Shown one piece after another: positions 46,216 through 57,400 of a stretch of DNA of 64,000 nucleotides; the first letter of the stretch is position 1, and every line of letters begins with the position of its first letter. A program made the position numbers and the translations under genes. Source of the DNA: a virus; the IMG/VR virus record IMGVR_UViG_3300037524_002067, positions 64,001 through 128,000 of that record; one strand, given 5' to 3'. The notes under the pieces are model-generated. The model saw only the letters and a list, made by a program, of their open reading frames with translations. It did not search any database and was not told the origin of the DNA.

Positions 46216-47364
46216 TCACTCCATTAAATCCTCTGGTTCAGCACCATACGCTTCAACTGACTCCTCCACATCTTCGATTACATTCTCAAAAGATGAAATA
46301 TCTCCATCAGCATTAGCCTCTCCAAGCAATTTTACAAAATAATCCAAATTTTGAGTTTGATATTCTTTTATTGATTTTTCATTATCTAAAATATACCCAG
46401 TTGGTGTAACAATAATTTTTCCAGTTGTGCTTATGCCATTAACATGGTTTTTTTCCAGCTGAATTTTTACTCGTGATCCCCAGGTGATTTCTTTGCCCTT
46501 ACTTTTTAACTTTATTTTATTAATACCAGATGAACTTATATTACCAAAAGTGATAATAAAGGTAGCGTCATACCACATCGTTTTACCACCCTTGTTTTCC
46601 ATTCTTGGTTGACCCATATGACTTTCTGGTTTTTGAGTCCACACTTTGTTCACACAAACCAATGAATTTGTATATGGAGATTCAGCTTTTCTAGATGCTA
46701 CAATTCTTTGATTAATACTTCCACCAAATTGAACAGACATGGCTCCAGCGTTCCACTCATTGTTGTTTTTCTGTTTCTCAACACTCATTTTACAAGGTAA
46801 AGATCCAACGCTATCCCAGAAAAATGCTAAATCAAATTTTAATTTTCCAGCCTCCTGGTCATCTAGCGTTGAGTTGATAAATTCAGCTACATCTTCTATA
46901 GTTTTTAATTGAGCTCTATCCACATAAATAAAATCACCTCTATGAGAAACTACTTGACCAGTTTTCTCATTCACAACTTCTTCAAATTCCAAACCAAGCA
47001 TCCTAGCATGTTCCCAAGACCATTTCATTTCAGAGATTATGAAAACTGGTACTATACCCATTTTTTGAGCACTAACCGCAGCCTCTATCAAAGCTGTTGT
47101 TTTACTCGAATCAGAATGACCTCTCAATAAAGTAATGTGTCCAATTGGAATACCTCTTACCCCAGTAACCTCACGGAATGCTGGAGACAAATCCATCCAC
47201 TCTTGTGGTTTATATTCTGTTTTATCTAAACCTTTCGATTTTTTATAAGCCTCAAGACTCTCCATTCTTTTTGAAAGAACTTTGCTTTTACCATCTGATA
47301 AAGAAGGTTTCTTTGTAGTTTCTGCACTGCTTTTTTCTTCAGTTTCTTTTGCTTTTTTTGCCAT
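46216..47364 (-). CDS. RecA/UvsX-like recombinase
   Basis: GIPIGHI, GHSDSSKTT, WDSVGS, KGG, KNHVNG. Confidence 0.8.
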   Translation of the reverse strand: MAKKAKETEEKSSAETTKKPSLSDGKSKVLSKRMESLEAYKKSKGLDKTEYKPQEWMDLSPAFREVTGVRGIPIGHITLLRGHSDSSKTTALIEAAVSAQKMGIVPVFIISEMKWSWEHARMLGLEFEEVVNEKTGQVVSHRGDFIYVDRAQLKTIEDVAEFINSTLDDQEAGKLKFDLAFFWDSVGSLPCKMSVEKQKNNNEWNAGAMSVQFGGSINQRIVASRKAESPYTNSLVCVNKVWTQKPESHMGQPRMENKGGKTMWYDATFIITFGNISSSGINKIKLKSKGKEITWGSRVKIQLEKNHVNGISTTGKIIVTPTGYILDNEKSIKEYQTQNLDYFVKLLGEANADGDISSFENVIEDVEESVEAYGAEPEDLME

Positions 47365-47520
47365 ATTTTTTTGTTTTAGTATTTTTCTTTTTAAAAAATA
47401 AGCTAGTTTTTATCAAATTCAAAAAAATACAGAGTTTTGTTTATAAGTTATTTGTAACACGCTGATAAGTAAGCGTTTTAAATTTAATTTAAAAAAATAA
47501 ATTTACAGATTAATGTCAAT

Positions 47521-47545
47521 AAAAAAGAGCGCCTAAAGCGCTCTT
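47521..47545 (-). terminator. Intrinsic terminator
   Basis: AAGAGCGC-TTTAG-GCGCTCTT followed by a T run. Confidence 0.75.
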
Positions 47546-47559
47546 AATATTTTTGGTGA

Positions 47560-47904
47560 TTATTTACCTTCACCACTTGGTGGGGCTGGTTTCCAGTCTA
47601 AGACTTTTTTACCACCTTCTTCTCTTGTTGTAAGATAAAATATTTCTGGATTTTCTTGTTGTTGTCCGAAATTAACAGAGGCTTTGCAATTCTTACACTT
47701 AACGGTAACATATTTAAATTTGTTTTTTGCAATATGTGCGCTGAGCATAAGGTTATCGCTTTGACAAATTCCGCATTTATCCACATCATAAAAAGATAAA
47801 TTTTTAGATGTCATTACTACATCAAACAAATTATCACCTTCAACAGAAAATTGATGTGTTTCTTTTCCAATTTTTTTCTTTACATAATAAGTTATTTTTC
47901 CCAT
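47560..47904 (-). CDS. Zn-ribbon protein
   Basis: CxxC...CxxC. Confidence 0.6.
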   Translation of the reverse strand: MGKITYYVKKKIGKETHQFSVEGDNLFDVVMTSKNLSFYDVDKCGICQSDNLMLSAHIAKNKFKYVTVKCKNCKASVNFGQQQENPEIFYLTTREEGGKKVLDWKPAPPSGEGK

Positions 47905-48025
47905 AATCTTGTTTTTTTTAATTATTGTTTATTATAATAATAATATATTATCATAAAAAATTCAATAAAAAAACGATAAAATTATAAACATATTTTTGTA
48001 TTTTTCAAATAAAAATGTTCATATT

Positions 48026-49642
48026 TTAAACAATTTCTTTATAGTTATTACCCACGCTATAATCTACATTAAACAACATTCCATTGTGATATGAAAATAA
48101 CTCTGTGAAATGATCTATTAAATTCATTTCTGAGGGGTGAAAATCAAAAACCATAGAATCGTGCACTTGAAATAAAAATTGCGTTTTATATGGCTTTAAA
48201 AACTCTTTAACGAGAGCTATTTTATCAACAACAACTTCAGAAGCATAAGTTTGACAATAATTATTAAAGCTGGCAAAAACTTTATTAACTCTTATTATAG
48301 AACCCCAAGGATTAATCATATAGCCATTTATTTTACAATTTTCTATAATTTCTTTTGCTCTTTTAATGATTGGATTTAAAAAGTTTTTAACTTTTGCTAA
48401 TTGATTATATGGGTCATCAAATCTTTCAGACAACCTATTAATCAGAAGTTCTTCTCCAGCTCCAAATATAATGGCGTGATTTATTAATTTTGAATAATTT
48501 CTTTCATCAGAACTAATGTCTGGTTTTTCAAACATTATACAAGCTGATTCAAAATGCAAATCCTTGTCATAATAATTTTTTATAAACTCTGGATCTTCGG
48601 ATAAATACATTGCTATTTTTGACTCAAAAGAAATATAGTCAAAAACGACAATTTTACCTTCTTTAAATCTTGAAATTATTTTTTTTCTATCATCATTATT
48701 TTTCTCTAAGTTTTGTGGGTTATAATCTCCACGCGCCACTATTCTACCAGTTAAAGTTCTTTTGTTAGAATAATGTATTTTTGCCAACTTACACATATCT
48801 CTTAATTTAAAATTTAAAGGTTTATCTAAGTCTAAAGAAAAAGAAATTTCTCTATTAGACAACCAACAGGTAACCTTATCTCTTTCACACATTCGTGAAT
48901 AAAACTTTTCCTCCTCAAAATCCAAAGAGATAGAAGCGTGCTTGTTTAGCATAAATGGAATATACTTTCCCATCTTAATGCCAGGTATTATATTAAAATA
49001 CTCATCAGTTATTTCTACAGCACTTTTAACCCATATCAAAGAATCTAGTGCAAACACATTTTTCAATCTATCTAAATTAACATAGTCGCATATGTTATTA
49101 TATGAAAAACAAACAACTGTATATTTGTTCAATAAATCAGTTAAAATGTTTTTAAAACCCTTATCAACACAAGACAAAGATTTTATATTTATCACATAGT
49201 TTTTTTCATCATTGTAAACATACAAAGCGCCATCACAAAAATTTATATATAGTTTTTTTTGTGAGTTGATGTTCGAATTAAAAAATTCAAATAAATTTTC
49301 GTTGTTTAAAAAACAATCATATAAAATAAAATCTTTTGGCAACCAACTTGTAACTGATTTTGAAAAAAAGGAGTCTATCTTTTTTGTAAACTCTTTTTCG
49401 TTTTCTTGTTTACTAAAAGACCACTCTAAATTTTGTTGAATAATTGGGTTAAATATGTTTTGTTCTGGAAACTTTTCTTTTACAGTATTCCAACCAACAA
49501 CCAAAGTGGGTAAATCGTAATAATCTTCCTGGTTAAAGTCATTTAATATTTTAACTGGATACTTTTCAAAGATCTGAGCAATTTGATCTAAATCTCTTTG
49601 ATCCTTGGTTATAATATTACATATATGAAACAGCTTGCTCAC
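48026..49642 (-). CDS. Family A DNA polymerase-like protein (polymerase domain only)
   Basis: TLTGR, motif A DYISFESK, DLH, motif B R..SK.INH...FG, motif C QVHDS. Confidence 0.75.
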   Translation of the reverse strand: MSKLFHICNIITKDQRDLDQIAQIFEKYPVKILNDFNQEDYYDLPTLVVGWNTVKEKFPEQNIFNPIIQQNLEWSFSKQENEKEFTKKIDSFFSKSVTSWLPKDFILYDCFLNNENLFEFFNSNINSQKKLYINFCDGALYVYNDEKNYVINIKSLSCVDKGFKNILTDLLNKYTVVCFSYNNICDYVNLDRLKNVFALDSLIWVKSAVEITDEYFNIIPGIKMGKYIPFMLNKHASISLDFEEEKFYSRMCERDKVTCWLSNREISFSLDLDKPLNFKLRDMCKLAKIHYSNKRTLTGRIVARGDYNPQNLEKNNDDRKKIISRFKEGKIVVFDYISFESKIAMYLSEDPEFIKNYYDKDLHFESACIMFEKPDISSDERNYSKLINHAIIFGAGEELLINRLSERFDDPYNQLAKVKNFLNPIIKRAKEIIENCKINGYMINPWGSIIRVNKVFASFNNYCQTYASEVVVDKIALVKEFLKPYKTQFLFQVHDSMVFDFHPSEMNLIDHFTELFSYHNGMLFNVDYSVGNNYKEIV

Positions 49643-49660
49643 AGCTGCAAATATACAAAA

Positions 49661-52600
49661 TTATAATAAATAAGAAGGTGAATTTTCGTATAAAATAACC
49701 CCAAACCTTCCAATATCGTGTAAAATATCTTTTATGTTTTGGTAGGCTCTTACCGTGCCCCCATTTGGGTCGTTAATATTATATGTACCATCGCTATTTT
49801 TACCAGTAATAACCATCCAATGTTGATTTCCGCCAACATACTTTGTTTGATTATCGCCTATTGCAGGTCTTCCATTTGCCTTGTTGTTTACCAAAGTGGT
49901 GCCTTTTGTTATGCTTCCACCAGGAGAAAATCTTGGCGGAATATGAGATTTGCTCTCAAATAAAACTGGTATCTTTGCCGAAAGATATTTGTCAAGAAAA
50001 GCTTGATTAGCTTCTATGCCTCTTCTAACTGGTGTAAAACTAGCTTTTAAAATTTTGCTTGGATGTGCACTTCCAGGATTATCTCTTATGTATTGATTAA
50101 TATTTCTTAATATTAAACCCCAATTAGATACAACACTATTATTATTCCATCTAAATATTTGATCTGGTGTTATATTGCTTAATCCAGTCATGTACTTTGT
50201 AACCATTGCCAAAGATGTTATACAACAACCTCTAGAACCAATTGTATAACCATTACTGTCCCTATTGTTTGCCCACAATGTATTAGCTTGATTAAATATT
50301 GGGACTTTATTTGCACCATTTAATAAAACTGGATCAAACTCTAAATTATCTGCTGTTCTATTGTCATAAGACAAATCTTCGTCTTTCAATTTTACTGTAT
50401 TATCAAAATCATCTTGTGTATAAGCTGTGAATTGCAAATTTGAAGTCTTAGACAAAGCTTCCAAAGTTTCTAAAGTAACTGGTTCAACGCCAGCAAATGT
50501 ACCATTCTGAAAATCCATTCTCATCTTAATGCCCTCAGCAGTTGTAAACATATTGTTTGGTGAAATCGAATGTTTTACTCTCATTATTTGATACAGTCCG
50601 TTAAAGATAGGTAATGAGTTCAAATAAAAAAATTGCATTGGAAAAATTTGAGCATTACCAAGAATGTCTATGGTAGCCTTATAGCTTCTACCCTCCATAA
50701 CAGATAACATAGAGCAATCTGTAGTCACTTTTTTGTTTTGATTTTCATTATCAACCAGTCTTTGTAGATTTATTATACTCTCTGCGGTTGGCTTATTTTC
50801 TTCAGTGCTTACATTTACACTTCTAACTATTTGATTGCCTGGGTCTCCAAACTTTATGTCTAAAGTGCCGTTTGGCAATCTATCAGATATATCATTAATT
50901 AGTGGCGCTTGAACATTATTTGAATTACTCAACTTAGATCTTGACTCTGGTGTGGGAACAAATTGAACATAAAAAAAGTTTTTTATTCTTTGTTCACTAA
51001 CTGGGTGTGGCGAAAATATTTCACGGGTTGTAAATAGTCCAGGGTCTCCTGGCATTGGAATGAACAAAAAATTGTTTTGAGAACAAATTTGCGTAATAGT
51101 TTGCAAAACTGTTGTACTGCCATTTGCTTTACTTAATGGATCAATGTTTATTATTGCATTTTTTACATTAACATTTGACGATGTTCTTGATAAAGAATTT
51201 AGTGGGTACCCATAAAGAAAAGAGTTGTTTGCAGCCGCTTCAGCTGTATTGGATGTTATATCAAAATTTATATGGTTACTATATCTTGAAGACATGTCGC
51301 CAACTATTGCCCCTGGACTTATTTCCTCGGAGCTTTGATCGCTATTTGCGTCATCTATTATCAAGACCTCCCATTGTTGATATAAAACATGCATTTGTTT
51401 ATATAAAAGATCGCGTTGGTCGTTTGATTTGCCGAGAACATTGGATATTATCTGACTCTTTTTTTGCTTTATATTTTCTATGTTTGATTTTAATTTTCCG
51501 CAAATTCTTTTTATCCAAGCTCTATGAACCACACCCTCTTCTCCATAATAAAATGGTCCAAATACTAAATCGTTATCTGTATTTGGGTGATACACAACAG
51601 AAAAAGTTATATTTTTTGCTGGAGTTTGATTAGCTTGTGGTTGATCTGGTGAACAATAAACATTTGGCACTAGAAAATAATTATTTACATCATCTGTTAA
51701 TTCAGATGGGTTTTTGAAAAACTCTGCATTGTTAGTGTTAATTATTTTCGAATAATCTAACAACAAGCCATCTTGTTGTTTTTCATTCATGCCTTCTACA
51801 ACGGGTATCAATTCACCACTAGAATCTTCTATTGGATTAACAACATTAACATAACCCAATGGCGATTTTTTTTGTTTTTGTTTTTCTAAATCATTTTTTA
51901 TTTCAGAATCGCTACTTGCTGAATTTATTTGTTGAGTCTTTGTAGACTCTGGGCTCGATATTGCTACAAAAACGTATTTATTTCTAGAGTTTTTTGGTTT
52001 AAAATAAGCCAAACCATTATTTACAACCTTAATAGCCTGGAAGGATTTGGTATCTATAAAATTAGAATTTGTTGTGTCTATAGATTCAGTTGAGCCGCTT
52101 GGTTTTTTGTTAAACCATGAACTTAATTCTTTGCCCAACGTTGTATATGTTAAACCTTGTTGATTGCCGAATGTTCCATCCCAATTAGATGGTCTATCTA
52201 TAACCACATTGTAATTTAACAATGCATCTGGAATTGGCTGCCCAGCTTGACTTAGATAATTCGTAAACCCAACATAAAGAGGCTCGCCAGGCTCAAGAGA
52301 ACCAGTGTCATTTGGCTTTCTAAGATTTAAAGCGTTTTCAGTTAATAAATTATCCCAAAACGTGCAAAACCTTTCTAGTTTATCTAATTCAGAATCTTGT
52401 AGAGCTCCTAAAATATTGTCATCAATATTTTCCATTTCTGCATCTACAAGACTAATTATATCATCTGATGTAGTGGCTCTATCTTTTCCAAGCAAAGTAT
52501 CATAATCACCAGGCTTATTAGGATCTGGACTTCTTGTTAAATAAGCAACAATACCACCTCTAACCAAAATGTTTTGAATTATATTTTGAAAATATGGTTT

Positions 52601-54037
52601 ATATGGATTTGGCCTTAAAGCCTCTAAGTTGTTTATTCTCTTTTTTATATATGACTCTCCAACATTTTCTAAAGCTCCACTATTTTCTGAAAGTCTATCT
52701 GTCGCGATACCTTCACTTATAGCGTTTATAAAATTATCAACAAAAGCCATTTCATATTCATCTGCACCAACATTTGCGTTGTTTTCTGAAATAGCTGGCT
52801 TTTCTTCTTGTTTGTCGTTAAACTTTAAAGGAAAGCTTTTACCTATTAAATTATTTGAAGTGTTGTCCCTGGTAGCTCTATTTTGATTATAACCCTGATA
52901 CCCAGCCTCCAATATTCTGCCCATAATATAACCAGCATCTTCAGCTAACTGTCTAAATATTTCACCTATTGTTATTTTTTGTAATTGATTTTTGCTTGAA
53001 TCATATGCTTTGGCTTTAATCGCTCTCTCTATTTTTAGCGCATATTCTGATAGAATAGATACACGCTCTGATATTTTTTGAGAATAAGATGAATCTCCAG
53101 TTAAAGCAACAAAGTCGGAAAAATATATATTTTCTGGTTTTAAATCTCCAATAGTAGATGTTAACAATAAAAACTTATTTATTTTACCTATATTTTGACC
53201 ATTTGTTGCAAATGACTTTATTTTAATATCATCACTAATGTCTCTATTTTTTACACCAATTGGCCTATAAACAATAATGGGTTTAAAACCATCTATAAAT
53301 TGTTCTCCGACTTGACCAGTTATTGGTTCATCATAATTTATAATTTTTGTAATATGTAAAGCATCATAAAGTCTTTGTGATTTTAAAAGACCAATTTGAT
53401 TCATTAAAACATCAAACTCTTTTGTTGTTTCTTTAGTTTTTATCTCTACTTGTTTACCAATTTTAATTAAATCAAAAACAGTTTGAACTTTTTCAAAATC
53501 CTCACTGTTCATGGTTTGTCTCTTCAAGGCTTTTACAGCTTTTAAATAAAGAAATGGAAGATCTGCCATAAACCCCCATTGATTTGGCACAAACTCACAC
53601 TTTATGTTGTAACTTCCATCTGAAGGTTCGTATGTTGTTGTTGATCTCTTCATATTCAACATCCACGTAGATGACCTACCCAATTCACCTTTAAATGTAA
53701 ATAAGAACTTTGGTGGTGGCCAATTAAAGAGTACCGAATAATCAGCTTCATCACTATCAACGCCTTCAAGATCTAAAACACTACTTTTTGTCTTTCCAAA
53801 AGCTGTGTTTCCGTATAAATCTTTAAAAGTTATTGTAACAAGTGGTTGCATAGAAGTGTTAACTTCTATATCAATATTTGTTATTCCGAACCCAACGCTT
53901 TCTCTGTAAAATTCAACTCCAAATATTTTTTTTCCAGTAAAATCTCTTTTTACACCATCAACAATAGCTTCTAACCTCACATCTATTGTAAGATCTTTTT
54001 GTGAAAATTGTGCAAGCGGAAATCTTTCTATTGACAT
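49661..54037 (-). CDS. Baseplate hub / tail-associated protein with C-terminal C39-like peptidase
   Basis: FGITNIDI..N....P.V.I.F.D; LGNAQIFPMQFF.L..P.F.G.Y.I..V.H; GCCITSLAM...HWMVITG...INDP. Confidence 0.65.
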   Translation of the reverse strand: MSIERFPLAQFSQKDLTIDVRLEAIVDGVKRDFTGKKIFGVEFYRESVGFGITNIDIEVNTSMQPLVTITFKDLYGNTAFGKTKSSVLDLEGVDSDEADYSVLFNWPPPKFLFTFKGELGRSSTWMLNMKRSTTTYEPSDGSYNIKCEFVPNQWGFMADLPFLYLKAVKALKRQTMNSEDFEKVQTVFDLIKIGKQVEIKTKETTKEFDVLMNQIGLLKSQRLYDALHITKIINYDEPITGQVGEQFIDGFKPIIVYRPIGVKNRDISDDIKIKSFATNGQNIGKINKFLLLTSTIGDLKPENIYFSDFVALTGDSSYSQKISERVSILSEYALKIERAIKAKAYDSSKNQLQKITIGEIFRQLAEDAGYIMGRILEAGYQGYNQNRATRDNTSNNLIGKSFPLKFNDKQEEKPAISENNANVGADEYEMAFVDNFINAISEGIATDRLSENSGALENVGESYIKKRINNLEALRPNPYKPYFQNIIQNILVRGGIVAYLTRSPDPNKPGDYDTLLGKDRATTSDDIISLVDAEMENIDDNILGALQDSELDKLERFCTFWDNLLTENALNLRKPNDTGSLEPGEPLYVGFTNYLSQAGQPIPDALLNYNVVIDRPSNWDGTFGNQQGLTYTTLGKELSSWFNKKPSGSTESIDTTNSNFIDTKSFQAIKVVNNGLAYFKPKNSRNKYVFVAISSPESTKTQQINSASSDSEIKNDLEKQKQKKSPLGYVNVVNPIEDSSGELIPVVEGMNEKQQDGLLLDYSKIINTNNAEFFKNPSELTDDVNNYFLVPNVYCSPDQPQANQTPAKNITFSVVYHPNTDNDLVFGPFYYGEEGVVHRAWIKRICGKLKSNIENIKQKKSQIISNVLGKSNDQRDLLYKQMHVLYQQWEVLIIDDANSDQSSEEISPGAIVGDMSSRYSNHINFDITSNTAEAAANNSFLYGYPLNSLSRTSSNVNVKNAIINIDPLSKANGSTTVLQTITQICSQNNFLFIPMPGDPGLFTTREIFSPHPVSEQRIKNFFYVQFVPTPESRSKLSNSNNVQAPLINDISDRLPNGTLDIKFGDPGNQIVRSVNVSTEENKPTAESIINLQRLVDNENQNKKVTTDCSMLSVMEGRSYKATIDILGNAQIFPMQFFYLNSLPIFNGLYQIMRVKHSISPNNMFTTAEGIKMRMDFQNGTFAGVEPVTLETLEALSKTSNLQFTAYTQDDFDNTVKLKDEDLSYDNRTADNLEFDPVLLNGANKVPIFNQANTLWANNRDSNGYTIGSRGCCITSLAMVTKYMTGLSNITPDQIFRWNNNSVVSNWGLILRNINQYIRDNPGSAHPSKILKASFTPVRRGIEANQAFLDKYLSAKIPVLFESKSHIPPRFSPGGSITKGTTLVNNKANGRPAIGDNQTKYVGGNQHWMVITGKNSDGTYNINDPNGGTVRAYQNIKDILHDIGRFGVILYENSPSYLL

Positions 54038-54339
54038 TACTTATCTCTATTGTTTGCTATGTAATTTCTAATCTCTGTTAAGACATCCCTTAAAGGAAAT
54101 GGCACTCTTAGTATTGTGTTATCTGGAATATCAAACTCATAAGAATATTCTGGATTTGCCCAAAGTATAATCCTGGTTAAAGTTTCATCTTCATATATTT
54201 CACCAGATATATAATCCAACCTCATTCTTTGAGAATGATATGTTATATATTTATCGGTTCTTCTTTTTGAAATCCTGACATCTGGCATATTCTTTAAAGT
54301 GTTGCCAACTTTTAAATCTCTATAAAAATCAAACGGCAT
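54037..54339 (-). CDS. Baseplate wedge / tail-X (LysM-like) protein
   Basis: RLDYIS..IY.D......ILWANP.....DIP....LRVP. Confidence 0.65.
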   Translation of the reverse strand: MPFDFYRDLKVGNTLKNMPDVRISKRRTDKYITYHSQRMRLDYISGEIYEDETLTRIILWANPEYSYEFDIPDNTILRVPFPLRDVLTEIRNYIANNRDK

Positions 54340-54445
54340 ATTTTGTTTTTTTATATAAATATTGCAATAAAACTTATTGCTAAAAACAGTTTTTTACAAA
54401 CAAAAACCGCCTACAATATATCGTAAACAGTAAAAAAAACAAAGC

Positions 54446-57400
54446 TTATTTAATGGATCCAAGATTTTTACCTTTTGGGGCATAAAAACCGCTCACATCA
54501 TCTGATAAAACTGGCAAACCATTTGATGAACCATAAGATCCAACAAATTTAAAATTAATTGATACAGTTGCCCACATTGGTTGAACCCTTCCACCATCTA
54601 ATGTCCATGGAGCGTTAGTCATATTAAAACTAACACTATCAATAATAATATCGCTATCCCACCAATCTCCTAGCTTTATATGGCAAACTGGTGGTCTTGT
54701 AAATGAAAAACCAGAATTGCTTTTTGCCGAAGACGGCCTTGTTAATTTACCTAAAAAATCCATCTTGGTAACAAAATCAACTTTGTCGCCAGAAAAAAAC
54801 GCTGGTTGAAATGCTAGATTTTTTACCATTGCGTTTATTCTTTGTTTTGTATCGCTTATAATACTTTCAGAAATACCAAAATTTGATGGGGTTGGGTTTG
54901 TTGATGTTTCATTATAAACATTGTAAATGTTTCCATTTGTTTCTGAATAGTTTGTTGGTCTGTTCTCCTGAGTAAAACTATTATTCACTGATTTCAACAA
55001 AGCGCTCTCTTCTCTTTTTAGTTCTTCTATATCTTTGTTGTTTATGTCTTGAGTTCCAGGGTCATTTGTTGTTTTACCAAATTTTATAGCTGTTTCAATT
55101 TCCGCTTTTATCTCTTGTATTTTAGCATTTTTTTGCTCTGTTGAATTTTGAGCATATCTTTTATTTTTGTTTTGTATACTATCTCTATTTGTAAAGTGTG
55201 TTCCTTTTAAATCTTCTTCTGTTAATCTTATTGATTCCATGTTTGCACTTCCAAAATTAGTACCCAACAAAACTCCGTTTGAAAAATCTGTTAAAACAAC
55301 AAAAGTTATAGTTCCCTCTCTTGATGAGTTGTTATATGTATATATAGACTCTGGTCTTCCAAGATAATTTATAGCATTCCAATTAGCAGCAAAACTTTCT
55401 GAATAATCTTGTATATATGGTGGGAAATAATACCCATCTCCAGAAGAATAATTCTGAATATAAAACAACACCTTTTTTGCACTTCCTGCGCTATAAGGAT
55501 TGCTTACAGTATACCTCTGCCTAGAAATTCTTGGCTGAGCACCATTCATACCAACAACAAACTCGGTTTGGTCTTGCACATTATAATTTCTTGAAAAAAT
55601 TGAGTCTCTTGAGTCTCTTATTTTTCTTATTATACCTAAAACACCCTTTGTACCAGCTTCAAATTCAGCATCCATCAATGGGTTTCCAGCTGTTGTTTTA
55701 GACATCAATTCATTGGCTGCAAAAACTTCTTCTGGGTTTTTATAAGTATAATTACCACTTGGAGCTAATTGACTAAAATTCAAATTTCTAATAACAAAAG
55801 AGTTCGGCGTACTTGCCAACAAAGCCTGAAAACCTTCGTTTGTATTAGTTTGCAATATGTTGTAATAATCGGCATTAAATGGTTGTATATCTTTTATATT
55901 ATAATAGTTCCTTGATATGTTATAGTTTCTTATAGCATCTGTAATATAACCATTTGTTGTACCATTCAACAATGTGGTTCCAAAAACAGAAGAAGTTGAA
56001 GTTCCATATATTGTTTGTAAAGATCTGTGTGTATTTATTGTTTCATTTGATGATTCTATCAAGAACTGATTTTGCTTCTCTTGAGCATATGTGTCAATTG
56101 ATAGTATGCCTCTTATGTTTCTAGATAACAGTATTTGTCTTAACAAAACACCTTGCAATAAAACGTTGGAAACACCCAAAAACGCAGATGTTCCTATACC
56201 TTCTATAACAACACCAAGTTGTTTAGAAGGTGTATTTTTCGAAAGATTATATTTTCTAAATCTTTCAGAATTCTCTTCAAGACTTGATATTGTTGGAACG
56301 TTTGCGGATAAAAGATCATCTCTAAAGTCGTTGGAGTAACTTTCTAAATCTATAGGACTTGAAATATTCGCAGAAATATTGCTATTATAAAAAGGAACTG
56401 AATCAGTTGCTAAGTCAGATGAACTTGGAACATTTGCAGCTACATTATCGTTATAGAACGGAACTGAATCAGTTGCTAAGTCAGATGAGCTTGGAACATT
56501 TGCAGCTACATTATCGTTATAGAACGGAACTGAATCAGTTGCTAAGTCAGATGAACTTGGAACATTTGCAGCTACATTATCGTTATAGAACGGAACTGAA
56601 TCAGTTGCTAAGTCAGATGAACTTGGAACATTTGCAGCTACATTGCTATTATAAAAAGGAACTGAATCAGTTGCTAAGTCAGATGAGCTTGGAACATTTG
56701 CAGCTACATTATCGTTATAGAACGGAACTGAATCAGTTGCTAAGTCAGATGAACTTGGAACATTTGCAGCTACATTGCTATTATAAAAAGGAACTGAATC
56801 AGTTGCAATATCAGAAGTGGCAGGTGTATTAAGAGAAAGGTTATCTTTTAAATAGGTCTTTGAATCGCTCTCTATATCAGAAGTGGTAGGTGTATTAAGA
56901 GAAAGATTGTCTTTTAAATAGGTCTTTGAATCGCTCTCTATATCAGAAGTGGTAGGTGTATTAAGAGAAAGATTTTTATATCTAATATCTTTAGATTCAC
57001 TTTCTAAATCAGATGTAGTTGGAGTGTTTTTTGATAAATTGTTTTCCCTAAATTGTTTAGAATCATTTTCAATATCAGAAATTGTGTTAGTGTTTTTTGA
57101 TACATTATTATATCTAAATTGTTCTGATTCTTTTTCAATGTCAGAAATTGTGCTAGTGTTTTTTGACACATTGTTATTTCTAAAAACTTGAGAGTCCTTC
57201 TCAATATCCGTTTGCGAGCTAACGTTTTGAGAAACATTTTTATCTCTAAAATCTTTTGAATCTTTATCTATATCAGATTCGCTTTTCACGTTTAAAGAAA
57301 TGTTTTTGTTAAAAAAACTCTCTGAATCAACTTCTAAATTTGTGTTTTTTGAAACATTAGAAGCAATGTTTTGATCTCTATAGAAAGATGAACTTGACTC

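Noticed and set aside
56377-56970. CRISPR array
   Set aside because: The 66-bp units have no unique spacers and lie in frame within a CDS.
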